Shown here one piece after another: positions 49,901 through 62,612 of a DNA stretch of 64,000 bases (position 1 is the first letter of the stretch; each line of letters starts with the position of its first letter). The stretch comes from Phyllosticta citribraziliensis. Taxonomy: Eukaryota. A program made the position numbers and the translations under genes. The notes beneath the pieces are model-generated. The model saw only the letters and a program-made list of their open reading frames with translations. It was not told the origin of the DNA and ran no database searches. Where the stretch lies: contig NW_027117342.1 of assembly GCF_038025025.1 (NCBI RefSeq), forward strand, positions 2,356,001 through 2,420,000. Reading direction: 5' to 3'.

Positions 49901-52900
49901 ACCCCATTCTTCAGCACCGAGCAGCGTGGCAATAGCCATGTCGCGTCCAGTGCGGATCTGGCCGTCTGTCTGCACGATGACACGGCCGCGGAGGTCGTTG
50001 AGCACCAGCGTTTGATGGGTCTCAGCCAATCCGAGCTCCCACGGAAGACCGGCGTACTTGATGCCAGTCCAGCGAGAAGCGCCAGTGCCACCATCGTGGC
50101 CAGAAATGAGGATGTGGTCGGCTTTGGCCTTGGCGACACCGGACGCAACAATACCGACACCAGTCTCAGAGACAAGCTTGACGGAGACGCGAGACCGCGG
50201 GTTCGAGCACTTGAGGTCGTAGATGAGCTGCTTCAAGTCCTCGATGGAGTAAATGTCGTGGTGAGGCGGGGGCGAAATCAGACCGACACCAGGGGTGGAG
50301 TGACGAGTCTTTGCAATTGGACCCGACACCTTGTGACCGGGCAGCTCACCACCTTCTCCGGGCTTAGCACCCTGCGCCATTTTGATCTGGAGCTCATCGG
50401 CATCGGCCAGGTATGCACTGGTGACTCCGAATCGACCAGACGCGACCTGCTTGATGGCAGACCTCATAGTGTCACCATTGTCCATGCGCAGACTGCGCTC
50501 CGCGTCCTCACCACCCTCGCCAGTGTTGGACTTGCCTCCCAGGCGATTCATGGCAACGGCAAGTGTCGAGTGAGACTCCATCGAGATGGATCCGTACGAC
50601 ATGGCACCCGTGACGCAACGCCGCACAATCTCAGTCCATGGCTCAACCTGCTCGATGGGAACGGGGTTGCACTCGTCGAAGTTGAAGTCCAGAAGGCCAC
50701 GGAGCGTGCAGTCCTTGATGCGCTCATACTCAGTCCGGGAGTACGCTTCATAGGACTTGTCATTCTTGGTCCTCACAGCGTCCTGGATGTTTGCGATGGC
50801 CGTGGGGTCGTTGACGTGCGGTTCGCCACCGTCTCTCCAGTGGTACTCGCCCGTCTCGGCGAGACCGGGAACCTCCACAATGGCGCGGCTTGGGAAACCC
50901 TTGTCGTGGAGAGCGAAAGCGTCCTGAGCAATGAGCTCAAAGGTCATTCCCTTGATACGGCTTGCCGTGCCGGTGAAGCAACGGTCAACCACAGCGTCGT
51001 CGATACCGAGGGCTTCGAAAATTTGAGCGCCCTTGTAGCTTTGCAATGTGGAGATACCCATCTTGCTCATGACCTTGAGGATACCACCGTCGCAAGAGTG
51101 CTTGTAGTTTTCGATGAGCTGCTTGGGCTCAATCTTCTTGCGGATGAGCTTCTCGCGGTGCATCTTCAGGATGCATTCGATGGCAAGGTACGGGCAAATG
51201 GCATCAGCACCGTAGCCGACAAGCACACACATGTGGTGAACCTCGCGAGCCTCAGCCGTCTCGACAATGAGGGCAGCCTGAGACCGCCACCGGTTCTTGA
51301 CGAGATGATGGTGGACCATACCAGTGGCCAGCAGAGCAGACACCGGAATGCGATCCGCGGAAACGTCTCGGTCCGAGAGGATCAGGATACTCTTGCCGGC
51401 CTCGATACCCTCAGTCGCGGCATCGCAGATCCGGTCAAGCGCCTCGAGGTAGCCCTGGACGCCGTCCTTCTTGGGGAACGTTATGTCGATGACTTGCGAA
51501 GACCAGTCCGAGTGCACCGCGTTGATGTTCTTAAGAGCGTTGAACTCTTCGATAGACAGGATCGGCGAAGGGAGCAAGAGCCTGTGGGCCTGCGTCTCGT
51601 TCATCTCCAACAGGTTGCCCTGAGGACCGACGTAGCACTCCAAGGACATGACGATGGCCTCACGGATAGGATCAATGGGCGGGTTTGTGACCTGGGCAAA
51701 GAGCTGGCGGAAGTACTCGTAGAGAAGTCGAGGCTGCTGTGCAAGACAGGCCAGCGGAGCATCGTTACCCATCGAACCGAGAGCCTCCTTCGAATCGGCC
51801 GCCATTGGGCCCAAAAGCAGCGAGACCTGCTCAAGCGAGTATCCGAAAGCCTTAAGACGAGGGTCTTCCTGCACTCGTGTTTCACTAATGGTGTGAGACA
51901 GATCAACTCCCTTTTGCGAAAGCGTGTTGTAGACGCCGTCCATGGTAATCAAGTACTTGTCGATCCATGTCCTAAAGTCGCGTCGGTTGGCCACGGTCGC
52001 CTTGAGCTCCGAATCGTCCACGATCCTTCCGGCAACGGTGTCGACGAGGAGCATCCTACCCGGCTGAAGACGACCCTTTTGGACGACGCGCTCGGGGTCG
52101 ATGTTGATGGTGCCGACCTCCGAGGCACAAATGATGCGGTCGTCGTCGGTAACGTAGAAGCGGCATGGACGCAGACCGTTGCGGTCAAGGTTGGCACCGC
52201 AGTATCTGCCGTCGGCAAAAGTGAAGAGCGCAGGACCATCCCAAGGCTCCATCATGCAGCCGGCCCACTCGTAGAAAGCCTGCTTCGCCGGGTCCATGGC
52301 GTGGTTGCCTTGCCACGCCTCGGGAACCATCAGCATCACAGCCTCAGGGAGCGAGAGGACTCCATTGATGGTCAGGAGCTCGAGAACATTGTCGAATGCG
52401 GCCGAGTCGGAGCCACCATCCTCGATGATGGGGAAGAGAAGCTCCAGCTCGTCACCAAAGAGGTCGGACTTGAGGTTGCCCTCGCGAGCCCTCATCCAAT
52501 TCTTGTTGCCGCGCAGCGTGTTGATCTCACCGTTGTGAGCGGCCCACCTCAGAGGTTGAGCACGGTCCCAACTGGGGAAAGTGTTTGTCGAGAAACGAGA
52601 GTGAACAAGGGCAAAGTGGCCCTCGTAGTCAACATTGACTAAATCGTGGTAATATTCGTAGACTTGCACGGGCGCAAGCTGACCCTTGTAGACGATGTTT
52701 TTGTTGCTCAGAGAGCAAAGGTAAAACCAATTGTGCAGACCAATAACGTGCGTTGCCCTCTTGCGCAGCACATAGAGCTGCCTCTCAAAATAGGCCTCGT
52801 CAAACTCATCAGAGTACGTCTCCTTTGGCGCGTTCCCCGGCCCGTACGCATCCCTGGCCACGACAAACGGCTGCAGAATGATGGGCTCGCGAGAGAGGGC

Positions 52901-53544
52901 GGCCGGACCCAGCAGCGAAGAGTCCTTGGGGACCTCGCGCCAACCAAGCACGCGCAGCCCAAGAGAATCGGCAACTTCCTCGAACGTGGCAATCGTCTCC
53001 TTCAATATCTCCGTGTCCGGCTTGAAGAACAAGTTGCCCGCGGCATACTGTCCCTGGGGAGGGAGCTTGATGCCCTGCTCGCGCTCAAAGTTCTTGACGA
53101 AGAACTTGTGAGGGATCGAGGTCATGACACCGGCACCGTCGCCGTCTCTGGCGTCTGAGCCAACAGCACCGCGGTGGGTCATGTTGCACAGAAGGTTGCG
53201 GGCTGTAAACGCGACTGCATTAGCTCACGAACGGTTGGTGTGGAAGAATGCGGATTTTACCATCGCTGACGATTTTGTGGCTTGCAATGCCCTTGATCTG
53301 GCTACACAGGTGTTAGTGGGTGGTGGGTGGCAAGGACCAGACGAACCACTTACGCAGCAAAGCCTACTCCACACGCATCTTTCTCCAATTCGGGGTCGTA
53401 CAGACCCTGCTTTTTAGGCAGAGCGCCGGCCCATGATTTGTTTTCCTCGTCGTTTTGGTAATTGTATACGCTCACTGAAGGATATTCTTCCTCGAACTCA
53501 GGGGTACATTGCTTTGTGTCCTCTGTGAACGTAACCCGACCCAT
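46956..53544 (-). CDS. GLT1: NADH-dependent glutamate synthase (GOGAT), fused alpha/beta subunits
   Basis: [77 protein letters not shown]. Introns 53353-53302, 53260-53203 and 49848-49793. Confidence 0.98.
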
Positions 53545-53645
53545 AGCTTCGGCTGGATGCCGAATGACTGCGCTCAGGTGGGTGACGGCAGAGGCGAAGA
53601 TTGCTGGTGGGTGCGAAAGGTGGGCTTGGTCGGAGGTAGGGCCGC

Positions 53646-53990
53646 CTGGGAGGGGGGGTTATTGTCAACAGGAATTCCTTTGTGCCGTCGGGGCGGCGGT
53701 GGGAGTGGCAGAGGTAAAGAGCTTGGGAGTGTCGCGGAGTGCAGCAGGGGAGCGAGCGGCAATGACGGCAATGGCGCGCGGCGAGGGAGAAGCAGACAGA
53801 GAGGGATGGGCGCAATGGATGATGTCGTGGTGGTGGAGGGTTGTGGATTTTTGGGCCGAGGCGAGGCGACGCGATAAGGGCTTGGGCGGATGGGATGGAT
53901 GGTGGCTAGCCCAAGACGGAAAGGGAAGGCGCAGGGCGTCGGGCGGAGGCGTGCGAGATGTGGCGTGGAGAGGAGAGGTGGGTGGCTTAC
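53646..53990 (-). other. Predicted 5'-UTR intron of GLT1
   Basis: Minus-strand CAG|GTAAGC donor at 53990, GTTGAC branch-like site, and CCCAG acceptor at 53646, ~100 nt before the ATG. Confidence 0.6.
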
Positions 53991-54605
53991 CTGTGATGGT
54001 GGGATCAGGATGGTGTCGAGCAGAGGGTGCAGAAGGGAAGGGAGGGCGGAAGGCGGACGAGTTTATGAGGGCTTGGTGGTGGTGGAGAAGTGGACAAGAC
54101 GCTTAGCATCTGGGCGGCTGTCATTGGACCATCAGGACAGGACATATCATGGATTCGGTCATCTAACACGGTGCTGTAAGCCATGTACTGTATCGTGTGG
54201 CGGGCCGGCGGCCGAGAGGGAGAGACGACGTCGACAATTATTTCTTGTCGCGTCGTCGTTCGTTTCGTTCCGAGAGTTCCCTGAGGATTGGGCGAGTTGG
54301 CGCTGGGGTGGTGCTGGCGTGGACCCCAGTGTGCGTTATGGCCGGCGTGCCATTGGCTGCAGGGCGGCGTGCCTGCAAATCATGGCGGCGCTCCCTGTCA
54401 CGGCGCCCGTCAGAGCTGTAATTCTTCTTCGTCATCTGCTCTTATCGACCACCGCACCGCACCGCACCGCACCGCACCACCTCAGCCAGACTCCAGCTTT
54501 TGGTTGTTCACCACGGTCGACAGAGGCACTGAGGTGGCCAATTGCACCGTCGCCGTCGTCAGCATCCCCTCCACTCTTGGATCCCCGGCGCCCACTGCAA
54601 ATCCA

Positions 54606-54612
54606 TGACTCA
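54606..54612. promoter_or_regulatory. Gcn4/CpcA-type site TGACTCA upstream of GLT1
   Basis: Exact consensus match ~1 kb upstream of an amino-acid biosynthesis gene. A single 7-mer could be chance. Confidence 0.35.
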
Positions 54613-57171
54613 ATCGCCAGTGCTCCCCCACGTTTCTCCTCCGCATCATGTCCGACATCGCCCCGGACCATTGCGGACTCGACCTGCCCTCCTCCGAAGC
54701 CGCTCACCACCACCACCATCGGTCATGCGCCGCTGGAAAGGTAGGATCCAGGGTCCCGCAAACCTTCGTCCAGACAAGGTGCTCCTTCGCATCTACTTTG
54801 CCTCATCATGGCCTCTCTGCGGCGCGAAACCCGTTGCTCGCCCACGCCCTGCTCTCTTCCGTCAGCCCCTACCGACCTACACCGTCGGGTACAACCGCTT
54901 CCACCTGGCCTCAGCCAGCTAGCTACTCTGCGCTGCGAACCCTCCCGCCGCGATTGCTTGATCGAATGGCCTAGCCTATTGATCATGGCGCCCCAGCCCG
55001 ACTGCCACGGCCAAAAAGACCTTCATTTCCACCTCCAACCTCAATGATCCTTGCTGCCCCATGGATGTGCAGATCCCACATCGCTGCCAGGATGAGCTGC
55101 ATGCTTCCGAGCATCCTCGCCCAGCCAGCCCAACCTAGTCATTCTCCATGATCCACCATCAACTTTTACCTTCACCAGTCGTCCTCCACCACTGCCTCGG
55201 CAATTCCACAGCTCCAAACTCAATCTTTTTCCATCCTTTTTCCATCTGCCAAGTGCCTTCTTCCGCACACCGGGCGCAACGTGCAGCGTTGCATCGGTTG
55301 AGACCGTTCCGACGCCAAGTGGCCTGCCTGCTCGTCAAGCTTCACAAATCTGGTGGCCTAATGCCCTTTTGCCTGTGCCGTGCTGGCCAAGGCCCGTCGG
55401 CGACGACCAGACGAGTTGTTGTCCTCTTTTTGCCTCGCTGGGGTCCTCCCAGCCGAATACAGCCTTAAATAGCCAGCAAAGGCAGATTGCAAGGTGAGCT
55501 CGAACAGGGAGACGTCGAATTGACTTCTCCTCGGCGCCAGTGCCGCCCACTGACCGACCTTACATGAAGACATGAGCCACAATCGACCATTGACTTTGAA
55601 ACCTCTGGCTGCGCAGATCTTTCATCCGTTCAGGAGTTGACATAGTCGAACACCGTCTTCCAATGCTGAACCGATGGAGCTCCACACGCTGAAGACTGAC
55701 CTGAAAACAACCCTCTCGCGGTCGACCATCCTTAATATTTGGCCTCGCAGACCCTTGTCGTCACGGAGATATGCCGCGAATTACCGGACTCGGAAACGAC
55801 AACCGGCACAAGCGGTACAAGCACGTCACACTTGCAGCCGCAAATATTCATCAGACAGATGAAGAAGAAAAACCACACTAGAACGAAGTCCTACCAGCAT
55901 ACAAGAATACCAGCAGTAAAAAGCACTGCACTCAAGAGGCAGTTACAAACATCGCTCCCACCCCATCTAATCCTAACCGCCCATAGAAACAGAGAGAGAA
56001 AGAAAAATGACAGAGAGCCATAGTATTCACCAGCGCAGCACGAGCAGGACAAACTGAACAAAAGACACATCAGAAAAGCACCACCGCAGCGTCAGCTCAC
56101 AACAAACAGAGTAGAGCAGAAGCACGACGCACGTACAAGGCCAGCCACTACCTGTAGCAAAGGAAGGCAGTCATTCAACACTTCTCTACTGACCTACCAA
56201 CCTACTTGACACAGCAGTTGTCGGCATGTTACCCGAAAGCCGGCTGGAAGAGTATAGGAAAACCAAAACAAGAGTGGAATACCCATATAGGGTCCACAGT
56301 ACACGGCGCACCATCGGATGTTCGAATATCAGCTGTAGGTAGGACGGGTAGGATAGCTAATCAGCGCTGCACATCCTTGTACGCAGCACAAAACAGATAG
56401 AGAGACTCTACATTACACTCTAAACATCTTTTCTTACCTCTCCCACATTTATCTTCTTTCCTCTACTCCACTCCCGTGCAAGTTGGAAGGGAAATTGGTT
56501 CGCTTGTTTTGACGTACGCTTGAAGGCTGGTGGCTAGTATAGGACCACGACCACGCTACGAGATGGGGAAAATAGACGTCATGTCGATCTACGCAGGCAT
56601 GTCACGTTGATGAGAGGGCGTCGCAAAAAGCTGGGCAGTTCAGAGCAGAGCTACGCAACGCAACGCCCCGAGCAAGAAATCCACATCAACCACGCAAAGC
56701 CATCAAAAAGCTCACAAAACACCTCAATCGCAACAATCAAGATCAGCCTTGTAATCCGGTAGTATTCGTCATGCCAATGGGTATCTATCCCCGGGTTTAT
56801 GCCAATTGCCTCGTCATCAAAAATCATCCTCGTGCCACTGTCTTGCTGGTCCAGTGTACGCGTCCACCGCGTTCATCGCCCGCCCAGCTCGTAACCTCTG
56901 CGCTCGCTCGCTCGCTCATCAAAAGCAGACAACCCCAAAGCCAGTAATGCTTTTTTTGTTTTGCACGCCCAGTAGTCGCAACCTGCTGCTCCAGAATGTC
57001 CGAACGCATCCAGAAGATCTCAATCATTCGCAATGGAATCTTTGGTTTTGAGGGACGAGTCGAGTCGAGTGAAGTGAGTCCAGACGCTCTGCGATGATGA
57101 TGAAGTCGTCAGTGAATGCTGCTGAGCGGCGCAAGTGGGCGCGCGGCGGGGCCAGGGACGACGACGCACCT

Positions 57172-57652
57172 CTACTGCTGCATGGAGTCGTCGGGGTCCT
57201 CAAAGTCGTCATCTTCCTCCTCGTCGTAGTCTTCCATGTTGCCGGCCTCCTCGTTGGCCTTGGTGAAGTCGATCGTCTTGCCGCGCGTGCGCCTGCCGCC
57301 GTCGATGATGTTGTCCGGGTCGATCTCCTCCATGTTGTCCTCGTCCGCGTCTTCGGCTGCTGCGGCTGTTAGCTGACCAGTCGTTGGGTTTGGGGTCGCG
57401 TGTGGGGACGCGTACGCTCGGGAACCTGCGTGGCGGTTAGCTGGGTCAGTTCTTGGTGGGTGCTGTTGGGCTGGGCTGGATTGCGTCACGTACCGGCTCC
57501 TCTGCGCCAGACTCCTCTTCAGAGCTGTCGTCGTCCTCGCCCATGCTGACATCGTCGGTGGCGGGCTCGGTGGCCTTGCCCTTTCCCTTGCCCGTGTCGA
57601 CGGTGGTCGTGGCCTCGCCAGCGGTGTTGGTGGTCTCGTTTTGCGCGCTCAT
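57172..57652 (-). CDS. CHZ1: Histone H2A.Z chaperone, CHZ domain
   Basis: KGKGKA followed by an acidic tract; CHZ motif MEEIDPDNIIDGGRRTRGKTIDF. Two introns flank a 10-nt exon (57425-57416). Confidence 0.9.
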
Positions 57653-58649
57653 TGTGACCGAGGAGGCGTGCTTTGGGTTGAAAGTTGTAGGTGGGATGAA
57701 TTGGAGTTGGGAGAGGCGGGTTCAAGATCGACCGCGGTGGTTGTTTGGGTGGTGTGGGGAAGTGAGGGTGGTGAAGGGTGGATTGGGAAACTTTGAGGGC
57801 GTGTGCAGGCGTGCAACCCGAACCTGAACCAGCACCGCAAGCGCGACGGTGCTCGCCAGCCAATCACCGGGGCAATGGCTGCGCTAGCGCCAGCGTCGCG
57901 CTTGGACCCGGAATCGGAAGAACAGACCTGCCAGCCCACCCAGTGCATGTCAAGCAAAACAGCAAACACTAGAGAACAAGGCCTTCTTGTCGCTGAACTT
58001 CATGGAATTCATCTTCTAATTGCTGCTGACTGATACCTGCATCTGCCATCGTTTGCGTGCTTTGGAGCGAGACGCTCTGACCTGTGCCATCTACCCCAGG
58101 GAACCGCCATGCATTCATTTAGAGACTCACGAAGCTACATGTTTGAGCACATCAAACCCCAGCTTCTCGCTCGCCCGCCCGTCTCCACTGAGAAATCATC
58201 TCTTCACTTGTGGCGTCATGGGTCTGGGAGCATTCGTTGGTTGCGACGCAGCAGTACAATTCAAGGAAACGGATTGGCGAAGATCAAAGCATGGAGCCAT
58301 GGGCCAAGTCTTGCTCGTAGAATGTGATAAATTATCCCAACAGCGCAATTGATGCCGTGAAGAGTCCAAACTTCTCAAACAGCCCGCCCATCGCGGTGCA
58401 ATTAAGAGGCATTGCTGCTGATCCGACTGGGCGTGCTGAGGCACAGCGGCGGGTCATCGGAGCTCGCGAGACCGCGATGGGCTTTCGCAAAGCACCCTTG
58501 CGCGACTCGAGCGAGCTCTCCGAAAAAAAGTGTCAAGACCGCCGATATCGATCTATCCACCCAACCCGTCCCTCATATCCTTCGCTGCACGCTCCCCTCG
58601 TCCTCTTCCTCTACCTCGCCCACCTGTCTCTATACGATTTCTTCCCAAA

Positions 58650-59884
58650 ATGTCTCCCATTGCTGCTAGCGGCGGCGCGTCCAGCGACACCAAGAAGGAG
58701 TCCTCCATCGCCAGATTTACTGGAGCTGGTACTTCTACCCTGCTTGCCCTCAGAGAGCGCCCAATTGACTGTCCTAGGTACCGCTGGTATCGCTGAGCTC
58801 GCCATCTTCCACCCTGTACGCACGCGGCCTCCAGTCTGCCATGCGATCGATTTTGTTGACGTCTCGGTCTAGGTCGACACCACGGCGAAGAGGTTGATGA
58901 GCAACCAAGGCAAAGTTTGTCGCCGTAATCGCACATTGATGTTCAGCCCGCTAAGACTTCCATCCTAGATCGCCTCCGTCAAGCAGTTGAACTCGGTCGT
59001 CTTCAAGGACAAGGCCGCTGCCTCGATTCCCTCCCGTTTCGTCTCGCTGTTCCCCGGTCTCGGATATGCCGCTGCGTACAAGGTATGTCGAGGACTCGCC
59101 GTGGGCCAGCACAATGCTGACGGGCTGTAGGTCCTGCAGAGAGTGTACAAGTACGGCGGACAGCCCTTCGCAAAGGACTTCCTTGCCAAGCACTATGGCA
59201 ACCATTTCGACGGCGCATTTGGCAAGGGCACGGGCAAGGCCATTATGCACGCCACCGCCGGCAGGTGAGATATTGCATGAACAAAGACAACCTTTGGCAT
59301 CGGCTGACAGATGGCAGCTTGGTCGGCATTGGCGAGATTGTCCTTCTCCCTCTCGACGTTTTGAAGATCAAGCGCCAGACCAACCCCGAGGCTTTCAGGG
59401 GACGTGGTCTCTTCCGCATTGTCAAGGACGAAGGCTTCGGCCTCTACAGAGGTTGGGGCTGGACTGCTGCCCGCAACGCTCCCGGCTCGTTCGCTGTAAG
59501 AAGGACTCTGCACCTGACAACAAAGAACATGCTAACAATCCTCACTAGCTCTTCGGTGGCTCTGCATTCGCCAAGGAGTACATCTTCAAGCTCAAGGACT
59601 ACAACAAGGCCTCTTGGTCCCAGAACTTTGTCGCGTCGATCGCGGGTGCCACTGCTTCGCTCGTCGTCTCTGCTCCTCTAGACGTCATCAAGACCAGAAT
59701 CCAGAACCGCAACTTCGAGAACCCCGAGAGCGGATTCAAGATTATCTCCAACATGATGAAGCACGAAGGAGCCACCAGCTTCTTCAAGGGGCTCACGCCC
59801 AAGCTGCTGATGACCGGGCCCAAGCTGGTCTTCTCCTTCTGGCTGGCCCAGACGTTGATCCCCATGTTTGACAAGCTCATGTAA
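58650..59884 (+). CDS. GGC1: Mitochondrial GTP/GDP carrier, 7 exons
   Basis: ELAIFHP/VDTTAKRLMSN, LFPGLGYAAAYK/VLQRVYKYGGQP, PLDVLKIKRQTNPE, PLDVIKTRIQN, PKLLMTGPKLVFSF. Confidence 0.96.
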
Positions 59885-60606
59885 GGGGCGTGTGCAGCGA
59901 CAGGACAGGTGACTTGTGGATAAGCGTGGAAGAAGGGAAGGCGGTCCTAAAAAGAGCTTACTGTACGGTGTTTTGGGTCTACATGTGCCTGGGCAGGCAT
60001 TTTCATCACATATTTTGTTTTCTGGTTACGGACGATTACCCAGCCGAGGAGCGAAGTTTATACGATAGACAGCGTGCAAAATCAAGATACACTCATCTCT
60101 CACCGTAAGTACAGTACGAGGCACCCGACGTGTGGTCGATGATGGGGCTTGGCGGGTAGGGTACGGTAGGTCACGCCGAAGGGACCGGAATGAGCCAGCC
60201 CAGTGGACCTCAGCGCAGCCAGGTGCCGTGGGCGGGCGTAGGGCACGAGGTTGGGTTTTGGTTCTTTGAAACAGAAAAACGGGCGCAGGGCACGGCATGT
60301 TGGGGCTCTGCATGGCTGGACTGGAAGCATCCGTCGGGTGCAAGTGCAATGTAGTGGGCGTCACGTGGGCGACGTCGCTCGCTCTCAGTCAAGTCAGGCA
60401 GGTGAGGTCTCCTCCTAGCCCGGTGCCGTGCCTTTACCTCACGAGCCCGCAACATCTAGCTCCACTTGACGCTCTCGACACTCCCCTTGGCAGCCCACCC
60501 ACCCCGACCTCACCCTCTTTCCGTTCCCATATAACCTGCGGCTTTTCCACGACGGTCCTCCCCTTCGCTTCTCCACTTCCCCGTTTCCTCCTCCACAACC
60601 GCCACG

Positions 60607-61612
60607 ATGAACCCTGAGTAGTACGTATCCCCACGCTATCTCCGCCGCGCTGCGCTGCGCCTTTGTCGCCCACCGCTGCACCGCTCGTTTTCGACGCCGA
60701 TGATGACGCTTGCCGCTAACGCTGTCGCTCCGCAGAGTTCTGCCCTCTTTTTCCCTCGCTGCAACCCGTGCCGACGCTGGCCTGTTCGAGAGAGCCCCTC
60801 GGATGCCTAGCCCAGCAGTCGACCGCTAACCACGCTCCGCCACCAGATACGACTACCTCTTCAAGCTGCTCCTCATCGGCGACTCCGGTGTCGGCAAGTC
60901 TTGCTTGCTGCTCAGATTCGCGGATGACACGTACACCGAGAGCTACATCTCAACCATCGGCGTTGACTTTGTATGTTGGGGATGCTGCGGGTGAGCCCAG
61001 CTGCGGACCGCTAACGACCCAACAGAAGATTCGGACGATCGAACTCGACGGCAAGACCGTCAAGCTGCAGATTGTACGTCATGGTTTCCGGAGCGCACCG
61101 ACATTTGGTTGCTGACTTGAAGTGAACAGTGGGACACGGCTGGCCAGGAGCGTTTCCGCACCATCACCTCGTCCTACTACCGCGGAGCCCACGGAATCTG
61201 TGTCGTCTACGATGTTACGGACATGGACAGCTTCAACAACGTCAAGCAGTGGCTGCAAGAGATTGACCGCTACGCTACCGAGGGTGTGAACAAGCTGCTC
61301 GTCGGCAACAAGTCAGATATGGCGGACAAGAAGGTCGTGGAGTACACTGTTGCGAAGGTAGGATGACGGCATCATGATTCAACGGAGCCGCCGGTGGGTG
61401 CTAACACGGAACTGCAGGAGTTCGCCGACAGCCTCGGCATCCCCTTCCTCGAGACGTCGGCCAAGAACGCTTCCAACGTCGAGCAAGCGTTCTTGACCAT
61501 GGCCAGGCAAATCAAGGAGCGCATGGGCACGACCCAGGTGAACAACAAGCCCACGGTTCCCATCGGCCAGGGCCAGGGAGTCCAGTCGGGCTCTGCCAGT
61601 GGATGCTGCTAA
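60607..61612 (+). CDS. YPT1: Rab1-family small GTPase Ypt1
   Basis: [48 protein letters not shown]-terminal CC. Five exons; the first intervening sequence is 60618-60846. Confidence 0.98.
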
Positions 61613-62612
61613 GCGCAATGTGACAGAGGGGCGGCGTGGAGACGAAGAGCCGGGGCGCCTCGCGGAGACGACTGCAGGCAACCAGCACGTCCGGCACAGA
61701 AGTCATGTTCAAATGCGTCCTTTTGCATGGTAGATGGCGGGCAATCCTTTGGATGCGCACGGGGTTTTCTGGTCACCTATTAATGGTATGGCAACGCAGT
61801 CGGACACGCCAGAATGCGATTCAGGATGCCACGGTGAATAGGATTTTTGGCGACAACGGTGTGCGCAAGTGGATTTCCCGAGTCAGCTTTTTTCCTTCTT
61901 TCTTTCCTTGTCCTTTACCCCAACGATTTCTCTGTGGATCCATCATTGAGTGTGGGCTTCTCTGCGTATGTTAGTGCACTCATCAACAGAATCTTCGTAC
62001 ACCCATTGGTGCCGTCCTGCCCTGTGATCTGAATCGCACAACAGCGCGTGAGGAAAGCATAGGGTTGGCTTTTGGTATATATTCGTTTTGGAATTTTCTA
62101 TTTCGCATTTTGCCAAGGGGCAGCCGAGGGTCAGTCGGGCGCTAGAGCCCCGTAGAGTGCGGTAGTGGTGGTCGAGTCGGGCTGCTACGTGTATCGGCTT
62201 CCATCGTCCTGGGCAGGGGGCTGGTCACGCAGACGGGCCATGCGAAGGTTTCTGGAGGGTCCGATTGGATTTGATGGCATTCCTCAGGGCCAATATAAGA
62301 GACTCTGCAGGCAACGACGCCCATTGTGGCTTGTGAGGGTGGCTGTGCGCTGCATTGATCCACTGGACCCTTGGGACTTGCGCGTTGCATCATGGGCAAT
62401 CAATCGACTTCCTTCTTACAAGCACAGCCGGTCAAAGTATATGAGGGCCCGACATCCCTGACCACCTCCTCCGACTCCTCTCCTTAGGTTGTCGCTCCGC
62501 CATCACGTCCGTCGACCGGATCCCTTCATCTGTCGTCTCCCCCCGACACCCTCTCGCCGCTCGCCGCCTCGCCCGCGTCCGGTCCGCCCACCACCAGCCC
62601 GTCGTGATCGCC

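Noticed and set aside
46641..53158. Long plus-strand ORFs (537, 401, 959 aa)
   Set aside because: Antisense shadows of the codon-biased GLT1 CDS, with no recognisable domains.
53462..55582. Multiple 70-284 aa ORFs upstream of GLT1
   Set aside because: Low-complexity, GC-rich promoter/UTR sequence including a (GCACC)n microsatellite, with no domain signal.
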